This document shows, one piece after another, positions 25,739 to 32,000 of a DNA stretch of 32,000 bases (position 1 is the stretch's first letter; each line of letters opens with the position of its first letter). Source of the stretch: Candidatus Woesearchaeota archaeon (GTDB lineage Archaea > Nanobdellota > Nanobdellia > Woesearchaeales > SM23-78); the NCBI GenBank assembly GCA_016935175.1, contig JAFGRK010000006.1:30005-62004 (forward strand), written 5' to 3'. The position numbers were made by a program, and so were the translations under genes. The notes beneath the pieces were generated by a model that worked only from the letters and a program-made list of their open reading frames with translations, was not told the DNA's origin and made no database searches.

Positions 25739-25864
25739 GCCGATAGCTGAATCGTCCTAACAAGTGATATTATCCTATCTGTGATTATTTAATCTTTTTC
25801 TTAGGCATTTACGCAAAGCTTTAAAAAGTATCAAGCTTAACTAAGATAGCAGGAGGGAATAAAC

Positions 25865-27790
25865 ATGAAGATTTTATTCATTCACGCAGATTTCATAGAA
25901 TACGAGGCCAGGAAGAAGGCTATCAAGAGCGCAGAGGAAGTGCCAAAGGGCAAGGAGAAGGACAGGATGGAAGAGTGCCTTGTAGCCTTCACTGCTGTTG
26001 AGAAGGTTGATGAGGCCAACCCCTGCGGAGCTGCCAAAAAGGCTTTTGAGGAGATAAAGAAGATAAGCAGCCAGGTGCAAGCCAAGAATATCATGCTCTA
26101 CCCATACGCCCACCTGAGCCCTGACCTTTCCAAGCCAGAGCAGGCAGTCGAGGTCATGAAAGAGACTGAGAAGCTGCTCAAGGAAGCCAAGTACAACGTG
26201 AAAAGGGCTCCTTTTGGCTGGTACAAGTCATTCAACATAGCATGCAAGGGCCACCCATTGTCAGAATTGTCAAGCTCCCTCATCCCTGATGCAAAAGAGG
26301 GAGAAGAAGGAAAAGAAGGCAGCGAAGGAGGAGCAAAAGCATGTGAAGTGGTGTCTGAGGCCTTGAAGGCAGAGGAAAAGCTCAAGAGCTACTGGTACAT
26401 CATGGACGAGGATGGCAAGCTGCATGATGTTTCAGAATTCAATTTCTCAAAATACCCAAAGCTCAAGAAGTTTGCGTTCTATGAGAAGCAAAAGGACAGG
26501 ACCAGTGCCTGCGAGCCACTGCACATAGCGCTCATGAAAAAGCTAGAGCTGGTAGACTATGAGCCAGCCTCTGACTGCGGCAACATGAGATACTATCCTA
26601 AAGGCAGGCTGATCAAGAAACTGCTGGAAGAGTACGTGACTGACAAGGTAGTGGCTTACGGAGGAGTAGAGCTAGAGACTCCTGTAATGTATGACATGAA
26701 GCACCCGACCTTGGAAAAATACTTGCACAAGTTCCCTGCAAGGCAATACCAGATAACAAGCGACAAGAAGAATTTCTTCCTCAGGTTTGCAGCATGCTTT
26801 GGCCAGTTCCTGATAGCACATGACGCAGTTATCTCCTACAAGCACCTGCCGCTCAAGCTTTATGAGCTCACAAGGTACAGCTTTAGGCGAGAGCAAAGAG
26901 GAGAGCTATGCGGAGTTCGAAGGCTGAGGGCTTTCACCATGCCAGATGTTCATGCACTATGCTCAGACCTTGAGCAGGCAAAAGAAGAATACAAGATAAG
27001 GTTCCAATTATGCATGGACGTGCTTAAGGGCTGCGGCATTGAGCCAAAGGATTATGAGATGGGGCTCAGGGTGACAAAAGAGTTCTATGAGCAGAACAAG
27101 CCACTGATTGTAGGACTGGCAAAAAAGCTAGGCAAGCCGATCCTCGTGGAGATGTGGGATGAGAGGAAGTTCTACTTCATCCTCAAGTACGAGCTTAACT
27201 ATGTAGATTCAGTAGACAAGGCAGCTGCTCTATCCACAGACCAGATTGATGTTGAGAACGGGGAAAGGTATGACATGAGCTTCACAGACAAGGACGGCAA
27301 GAAGAAATACCCTGTAGTGCTTCACTGCTCGCCAAGCGGAGCCATTGAGAGAGTAATCTACACGCTGCTTGAATTGCAAGGGGAAAAAATACAAAAAGGG
27401 CAGGTGCCAGAGTTCCCATTGTGGCTTTGCCCAACCCAGGTAAGGCTTATACCTGTGTCTCCAGAAAAGCACCTTGAAAAGTGCAACGAGCTAGCCAAGG
27501 AGATATTCGGCGAAAGGATTAGGATTGACATCGATGATAACACAGAGTCAATTGGCAAGAGAGTTAGGCAGGCAGAGAAGGAATGGGTGCCTTACATCCT
27601 TGTAGTCGGGGATGAAGAGCTCAAGGCTGACAAGTTTAAGGCAAGAGTCAGGGGCAAGAAAGATGCAGTTGAGATGGGCAAGCACGAGCTTATCAAAGAG
27701 ATAAAGGAGAAGACTAAAGAATTCCCATGGAAGCCCTTGCCATTGCCCATGCTGCTTTCTAAAAGGCCGCAGTTCCAGACTATGAATTGA
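25865..27790 (+). CDS. thrS: threonine--tRNA ligase, archaeal type with an N-terminal editing domain
   Basis: SD AGGAGGG lies upstream. MKILFIHADFIEYEARKKAIK.. is the archaeal ThrRS editing-domain start. The class II core motifs FRREQRGELCGVRRLRAFTMPD and HCSPSGAIERVIY are present, followed by a C-terminal anticodon-binding region. Confidence 0.93.
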   Translation: MKILFIHADFIEYEARKKAIKSAEEVPKGKEKDRMEECLVAFTAVEKVDEANPCGAAKKAFEEIKKISSQVQAKNIMLYPYAHLSPDLSKPEQAVEVMKETEKLLKEAKYNVKRAPFGWYKSFNIACKGHPLSELSSSLIPDAKEGEEGKEGSEGGAKACEVVSEALKAEEKLKSYWYIMDEDGKLHDVSEFNFSKYPKLKKFAFYEKQKDRTSACEPLHIALMKKLELVDYEPASDCGNMRYYPKGRLIKKLLEEYVTDKVVAYGGVELETPVMYDMKHPTLEKYLHKFPARQYQITSDKKNFFLRFAACFGQFLIAHDAVISYKHLPLKLYELTRYSFRREQRGELCGVRRLRAFTMPDVHALCSDLEQAKEEYKIRFQLCMDVLKGCGIEPKDYEMGLRVTKEFYEQNKPLIVGLAKKLGKPILVEMWDERKFYFILKYELNYVDSVDKAAALSTDQIDVENGERYDMSFTDKDGKKKYPVVLHCSPSGAIERVIYTLLELQGEKIQKGQVPEFPLWLCPTQVRLIPVSPEKHLEKCNELAKEIFGERIRIDIDDNTESIGKRVRQAEKEWVPYILVVGDEELKADKFKARVRGKKDAVEMGKHELIKEIKEKTKEFPWKPLPLPMLLSKRPQFQTMN

Positions 27791-27830
27791 TTGTTCTTTA
27801 ATGCTGAACACAAGGATGCTTTTAATGGAA

Positions 27831-27840
27831 ATATATAAAT
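27831..27840 (+). promoter_or_regulatory. TATA box for the 27865 gene
   Basis: atatataaat is centred 29 nt upstream of the ATG at 27865. Confidence 0.45.
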
Positions 27841-27864
27841 AGAGGGATTTTTATTGAATCAATT

Positions 27865-28107
27865 ATGGGAATTTTTAAGAATATTCCAAAGATCTACAAA
27901 GGCTTAATATACCTATTTCTTGCAGTTGATTGGTGGCTTTTTGGCAAACTCACTCTATTCAAACCAGTTCCTAATGGAGCCATCAGGACGGACATTACTG
28001 GACTTGAAATTCCCCTTCTGATATATTCTGCTGTAATTCTAGCTTTGGGGCTATTGGGCATAGTATATACTATCCAAGGAATAAAAGAGATAATAGAAAA
28101 AAAGTGA
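27865..28107 (+). CDS. small membrane protein (80 aa)
   Basis: Two hydrophobic segments and a leaderless-type promoter spacing. Confidence 0.55.
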   Translation: MGIFKNIPKIYKGLIYLFLAVDWWLFGKLTLFKPVPNGAIRTDITGLEIPLLIYSAVILALGLLGIVYTIQGIKEIIEKK

Positions 28108-28132
28108 GCAAGAAAGATATCTTAAAAGAAAA

Positions 28133-28330
28133 TCAGCGCTTGCCCACAGTGTACTGGTAGGTGTTTCTCTTGCCAGTGTTCCTGTACTTGATAAGGTTGG
28201 TCTTTCGCAGCTTCTTCAAGGACATGGTCACTGAGCCAATGCTCACCTTTAGCTTGGTGGATATCTCCCTTGAAGTGAACCACTTGCCCTTATTCTTGCA
28301 TAGAAAGTCGTAAACCTCTTGTTGACCCAT
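28133..28330 (-). CDS. small winged-helix DNA-binding protein (65 aa)
   Basis: GGAGGGTG lies upstream of the ATG at 28330 (the track start 28438 is over-extended). MGQQEVYDFLCKNKGKWFTSREISTKLKVSIGSVTMSLKKLRKTNLIKYR is wHTH-like. Confidence 0.65.
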   Translation of the reverse strand: MGQQEVYDFLCKNKGKWFTSREISTKLKVSIGSVTMSLKKLRKTNLIKYRNTGKRNTYQYTVGKR

Positions 28331-28418
28331 ACTTATATCACCCTCCTCTTTTATGAATAAATGACAGTCAGAGTATATAAGCCTTTGCTTTTTAAAGCAC
28401 AAAAAAGCCTTTGCGCCA

Positions 28419-28586
28419 TCACCACATGATAAAGGCAACTATTACCATGATGAAGCCAATGGCAAAAACCCCCCAGGCTATCATCTCGTACTGCGTAAGG
28501 CTCTTGAAATATAGCTGCACCTTATTGGTGAACTCGTTGAGCTCCCCGCTCAGGTGGCTCATGAAATCCCTTATGTCCATTGCCAT
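28419..28586 (-). CDS. unlisted small membrane protein (55 aa)
   Basis: Below the track size cut-off. Translation is MAMDIRDFMSHLSGELNEFTNKVQLYFKSLTQYEMIAWGVFAIGFIMVIVAFIMW, with a C-terminal TM segment. TATA tttaaatacc lies ~28 nt upstream (28609-28618 region). The overlapping plus-strand track ORF 28411-28596 looks non-coding. Confidence 0.45.
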   Translation of the reverse strand: MAMDIRDFMSHLSGELNEFTNKVQLYFKSLTQYEMIAWGVFAIGFIMVIVAFIMW

Positions 28587-28686
28587 TATATATTAATATT
28601 AAATCTAAGGGTATTTAAACTTTTGTATTGAGCAGGGAGTCAGAAAAAAAGTAAACAAGCGGTGCCTGTAAGAGCTGTGCTTTATC

Positions 28687-29184
28687 TCATCGTATCTCTT
28701 TAAATTTATAATTTGCCAAAGCCTTAAGCTTTTTTGTCTCTCTATCGAGCGAGGCTTTAGCATAAAGGAGCTCAAAGTCTTCAAGCCAGCCGCTTTTGTC
28801 ATTGAAAGCACTTATCTTGCAGTGCTCAGCAACTCCTAATGGGGAATCACTGGCATAAACAAGCTTGCTCTTGTAGAGTAAAGGAAGGAATGGCACTGGC
28901 TTTCTTACATAAATGATGGTCTCTGCCTTGCTGCTCTTGGCAGCTAAATCCCTTTCAGACCAGGCGATTATTTCCAAGGTGTATTGTGAGCATGGCGCTG
29001 CTTTTCCAACATACCTCTCCTTAACGTAGTTGAAGCCTTCGGGATAATGCTGCTCATTTGATGTCCTCTTGCCAAGCTCAGATGCTATCAACCTTGCCTT
29101 CTCCTCAATCCTCAGCTCCTCTGCCCTTGATTTCATCTTATCAGCAAGCTCTTCTTTTTTAATCGCATCAATCTTTATTGCCAT
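28687..29184 (-). CDS. hypothetical protein (165 aa)
   Basis: AAGGTGG (29190-29196) lies 5 nt before the ATG at 29184. TATA ctttaaatac is at 29221-29230. The track start 29301 is over-extended into the divergent promoter. Confidence 0.6.
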   Translation of the reverse strand: MAIKIDAIKKEELADKMKSRAEELRIEEKARLIASELGKRTSNEQHYPEGFNYVKERYVGKAAPCSQYTLEIIAWSERDLAAKSSKAETIIYVRKPVPFLPLLYKSKLVYASDSPLGVAEHCKISAFNDKSGWLEDFELLYAKASLDRETKKLKALANYKFKEIR

Positions 29185-29270
29185 GACAACCACCTTAGTT
29201 ATCAAGAACAACTCCGGCAGGTATTTAAAGCTTTCTTTTTCTCCACTCCGCAATGGGTACTGATAGAAAG

Positions 29271-29280
29271 ATTTAAATAA
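29271..29280 (+). promoter_or_regulatory. TATA box for the 29302 gene
   Basis: atttaaataa is centred 26 nt upstream of the ATG at 29302. Confidence 0.45.
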
Positions 29281-29301
29281 GCTCATAAAATAACTTCTCA
29301 A

Positions 29302-30168
29302 ATGATTGATAAGGGAAAAAATAATCTTAACAGGACCAAAATCTATCTTATAGGCTCATTTCTTCCCTTCAGGGACAAGATAATCAGCGCCCTACCTGGT
29401 TATTCGTTCTCAGATCCGAGAACTCACCCCCAGTCATGCGTGCAGAAGCTTGTTGCAGCAGACATGAGCGAGGCAGAAAACTGCCCAGCAGCACTAGCTG
29501 TTTTTCCTAGGGGAAAAAGAAAGGGAGTAATGAGCTTTGCAGAGCTAGGAGCATCTGCAGCCCACCAAAACCACATCTTAGTAGTTGATGAGACTGGAGA
29601 AGATGACACTCTTTTAGAGCACATTGCCAGCAAAAGTTTTGGCAACATAGAATCAGTGATTGAGTATCTCAGAACAGAGCCTTTTTTATCATCTCACACC
29701 CAGAACGAAATCTTAAAGAAGTATCCTCCGACAGCAGAAGACAAGCCCATACCTGTGAAAAACATCTATTTCTGCGGAACTATAGATGATAAGATGCTGC
29801 AAACCATTGATAAGGCAAGAAAAATGCGGCCTGACAAGAACATGATTGTGAAATCAGACCCTGTAAATGAGTTCCATAACATAAACGACTATGACCTCAT
29901 AGTAGTCAACTTCCCAGGAGAGATAGACTGGGACAGGCATGCATGCTTTATGATGGGAGCAGCCTACTCCCACGACCTCCCTGTGCTGCTAAGAGAGGAC
30001 AAGGACTGGAGATACCCTCCATTGCAAGCTCTTGTCAGGAGGCACACGCCAACCTTGGAAGGAGTCCTGGAATATGTCACAGAAGTTGATGACATGCACA
30101 TCAACAGGGAAGCTGTGAACATGTACTATTTCTTTGAAAGGGAATTAAAGCGGAGAAACACCAAATAA
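29302..30168 (+). CDS. hypothetical protein, possibly tandem nucleoside 2-deoxyribosyltransferase-like (Rossmann-like) domains
   Basis: Half 1 reads KIYLIGSF..ADMSEAENCPAALAVFP..GVMSFAELGASAAHQNHILVV. Half 2 reads NIYFCGTI..INDYDLIVVNFPG..ACFMMGAAYSHDLPVLL. Both fit the loose iYlaG...D...aD.vva.....G...E.G.A...gkpv NDT-like pattern. Confidence 0.5.
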   Translation: MIDKGKNNLNRTKIYLIGSFLPFRDKIISALPGYSFSDPRTHPQSCVQKLVAADMSEAENCPAALAVFPRGKRKGVMSFAELGASAAHQNHILVVDETGEDDTLLEHIASKSFGNIESVIEYLRTEPFLSSHTQNEILKKYPPTAEDKPIPVKNIYFCGTIDDKMLQTIDKARKMRPDKNMIVKSDPVNEFHNINDYDLIVVNFPGEIDWDRHACFMMGAAYSHDLPVLLREDKDWRYPPLQALVRRHTPTLEGVLEYVTEVDDMHINREAVNMYYFFERELKRRNTK

Positions 30169-30232
30169 AACTTCAATAGGTAAATCTTCAATAACCTTTT
30201 TAAACAGCCGCCCTATCCTGACATATTAGAGG

Positions 30233-30357
30233 GCTTTTTCTAAATGCCCTGCTTCGTTTTTGCTCGCCACTGATGCTCGCAAAAACTACGCCGCGCCATG
30301 CAAGTTTACTATTGTAAACGTTGCATAAGCAGGCGACGACGGTCATTTAGAAAAAGC
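30233..30357 (+). ncRNA. candidate multi-branched structured RNA (5' leader of rtcB or a separate ncRNA)
   Basis: A 14-bp closing stem pairs 30233-30246 with 30344-30357. A 7-bp stem pairs 30248-30254 (cctgctt) with 30327-30333 (aagcagg). An 8-bp hairpin pairs 30256-30263 with 30279-30286, and a 12-bp bulged hairpin spans 30298-30326. TATA-like cctttttaaacag (30195-30207) would put the TSS at the base of the stem. GAGGTG (30360-30365) follows. Confidence 0.45.
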
Positions 30358-30370
30358 TAGAGGTGCTGAC

Positions 30371-31822
30371 ATGACAGAGCAAAAAGAAAAAATCCATGCA
30401 AAAAAAATCAATGATCACTTATTTGAGATAGAAAGGACAGGCAACATGAAGGTTCCTGTGAGGATATTTGCCAGCGAAAAGCTTCTTTCCAAATTGCAAG
30501 AGGACGCAAGCCTGCAGCAGGGCATAAACGTCGCAAGCCTTCCCGGGATTTACAAGGCATCCATCATGCTTCCTGATGCCCACCAAGGATATGGCTTTAG
30601 CATAGGCGGAGTTGCAGCCCTGGATTATGAGACGGGATGCATAAGCCCTGGCGGGATTGGCTTTGACATCAACTGCGGGGTAAGGCTTCTTACTACTCCT
30701 CTTAAAAAAGAGGATGTGGAGCCTAAGATAAAGGAGCTTATGGACTCCATGTTCAGGAATGTTCCTAGCGGAGTAGGCAGCGAGAGCTTCCTGCGCCTAA
30801 GCAATCCAGAGCTTGATGCAGTGCTAAACAAGGGAGCTGCATGGGCAGTGGAGCAAGGCTATGGCTTCAAGGAAGACTTAGAGCATTGCGAGGAGAACGG
30901 CGGCATGAAAGAGGCAGATGCTTCCAAGGTCAGCAACAAGGCCAAGTCAAGGGGAAGGGAGCAACTAGGAAGCTTGGGAGCAGGCAACCATTTCCTTGAA
31001 GTGCAGTATGTCGAGCAGATATATGATGAAGAAGTTGCAAAGGCTTTCGGCATTACAGAAATAGGCCAGGTGACTGTGATGATACACTGCGGCTCAAGAG
31101 GACTAGGCCACCAGGTATGCTCTGATTATCTCAGAAAGATGGAAGAGGCAGACCCTGAGCTAATGAAAAGCCTGCCAGAAAAAGACTTGATATACGCCAA
31201 GGCAGGCACCCAGCTTGCAAAGGATTATTTTGGCGCAATGGCAGCCAGTGCTAATTTTGCCTGGACTAACAGGCACATCATAGCCCATCAGGTAAGGAAG
31301 AGCTTCAAGGAAGTTCTGGGCCTTGAGCCAGAAAAAATAAAGACAGTTTATGATATTGCGCATAACATCGCCAAGGTAGAGGAGCATATGATTGATGGTG
31401 AGAAGAAAAAAGTTTATGTCCACAGGAAAGGAGCGACCAGGAGCTTGCCTGCAGGGCACCCTAATACTCCTGAAGTATACAAGAGCGTAGGCCAGCCAGT
31501 GTTAATCCCAGGAAGCATGGGAACAGCAAGCTACTTGCTCGTAGGAACAGAGAAAGCTCTTGAGGAAAGCTTTGGGAGCACAGCCCACGGGGCAGGCAGG
31601 GTGATGAGCAGGACAGAAGCCATCAGGAGCTTTCGTGGAGAGCAAGTGCGAAAAGAGCTTGAAGAGCACAAGATATACTTAAAAGCAGGTAGCCTAAAAG
31701 GAGTTAGCGAAGAAGCGCCTGCAGTCTACAAGGACATAGATGAAGTAGTTAAAGTCAGCCACGAGGCAGGCATAGGCAACCTTGTAGCCAAGCTAAGGCC
31801 GATTGGAGTGATAAAGGGCTAG
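30371..31822 (+). CDS. rtcB: RNA 3'-phosphate/tRNA-splicing ligase RtcB
   Basis: MLPDAHQGYGFSIGGVAA, GGIGFDINCGVRL, GAGNHFLEVQ, MIHCGSRGLGHQV, IAHNIA and GSTAHGAGR (nucleophilic His) are present. At 483 aa there is no intein-sized insertion. Confidence 0.95.
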   Translation: MTEQKEKIHAKKINDHLFEIERTGNMKVPVRIFASEKLLSKLQEDASLQQGINVASLPGIYKASIMLPDAHQGYGFSIGGVAALDYETGCISPGGIGFDINCGVRLLTTPLKKEDVEPKIKELMDSMFRNVPSGVGSESFLRLSNPELDAVLNKGAAWAVEQGYGFKEDLEHCEENGGMKEADASKVSNKAKSRGREQLGSLGAGNHFLEVQYVEQIYDEEVAKAFGITEIGQVTVMIHCGSRGLGHQVCSDYLRKMEEADPELMKSLPEKDLIYAKAGTQLAKDYFGAMAASANFAWTNRHIIAHQVRKSFKEVLGLEPEKIKTVYDIAHNIAKVEEHMIDGEKKKVYVHRKGATRSLPAGHPNTPEVYKSVGQPVLIPGSMGTASYLLVGTEKALEESFGSTAHGAGRVMSRTEAIRSFRGEQVRKELEEHKIYLKAGSLKGVSEEAPAVYKDIDEVVKVSHEAGIGNLVAKLRPIGVIKG

Positions 31823-31864
31823 TCCTGAAAGAAAAAAAGAAGCATTAGAAAAAAGAGGGATTGC

Positions 31865-32000
31865 ATGAAGCGCAAAATAACACTCGCATCAACTTCTCCG
31901 AGAAGGAACGGCTTGTTGCAGCAGATAGGGTTAGAATTTTCAGTGGTGGAAAGCGATTATCACGAGGATATGAGCCTGAATATGATCCCTAAGAAGATGG
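31865..32000 (+). CDS. maf: Maf-like nucleoside triphosphate pyrophosphatase, N-terminal fragment (runs off the window)
   Basis: MKRKITLASTSPRRNGLLQQIGLEFSVVESDYHED matches the LAS-SPRR-LL Maf N-terminus. SD AGAGGGA lies upstream. Not in the track because there is no stop in the window. Confidence 0.8.
   Translation, partial: MKRKITLASTSPRRNGLLQQIGLEFSVVESDYHEDMSLNMIPKKM

Noticed and set aside
25440-25740. Possible CRISPR-like or non-coding repeat array
   Set aside because: The repeats are in frame within a continuous ORF, are A/G-rich, and have no spacer/repeat periodicity or adjacent cas genes.
28411-28596. Plus-strand 61-aa track ORF
   Set aside because: It has an odd composition (MRHHHMIK...) and no promoter or SD. 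The opposite strand gives a better 55-aa membrane ORF with a TATA at the right distance.
30217-30368. Box C/D sRNA upstream of rtcB
   Set aside because: CTGA (D-like) boxes are present, but the only C-like box is tgatgc (not RUGAUGA), and the spacing of ~90 nt does not fit a 50-70-nt C/D sRNA.
25865-31822. Inteins or large insertions in thrS and rtcB
   Set aside because: Both proteins have family-typical lengths (641 and 483 aa), and the catalytic motifs are contiguous.

Overview
This window looks like an archaeal chromosome segment, probably from a small-genome DPANN-like lineage (inference). The support is an archaeal-type ThrRS with the N-terminal editing domain, an archaeal-length RtcB, an Lrp/AsnC regulator, and TATA boxes about 26-30 nt upstream of many ATGs (leaderless first genes), with GGAGG/GGTGA Shine-Dalgarno sites in front of internal operon genes. 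Housekeeping genes (pgk, gap, pcm, an M50-like protease, thrS, rtcB, maf) are interspersed with three accessory blocks.

- **Block 1 (956-7266, + strand):** four secreted or surface proteins built from shared, uncharacterised modules plus LamG, MopE-like Cys-rich and TSP3-like Ca-binding motifs. One of them is a DUF4382 protein carrying a ~150-aa insertion of about 15 C-x-N-x-T sequon repeats.
- **Block 2 (12874-22311, - strand):** a tightly packed nine-gene cluster and the best candidate for an undescribed system. It encodes two membrane-anchored YkuD (L,D-transpeptidase-fold) paralogs, one with the intact H...SHGC catalytic motif and one without it. It also encodes a MoxR-like AAA+ ATPase with a five-Cys insertion, an HExxH-metallopeptidase + vWA (DUF2201-type) protein, three small Gly-zipper or unknown proteins, an Mrr-cat (PD-(D/E)xK) nuclease-fold protein and a Pro-rich/HTH-like protein. 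A ~200-nt highly structured non-coding spacer lies between the ATPase and vWA genes.
- **Block 3 (28133-30168):** a small islet with a winged-helix protein, an unlisted 55-aa membrane ORF, a hypothetical protein and a possible tandem nucleoside-2-deoxyribosyltransferase-like protein.

A second multi-branched RNA structure closed by a 14-bp stem sits exactly between a TATA box and the rtcB Shine-Dalgarno site. No tRNA, rRNA, CRISPR array, transposase or integrase was recognised. Several ORF-track starts (TTG/GTG) appear over-extended and are re-called here from SD and TATA evidence. All homology calls come from motif recognition by eye, not from database searches.
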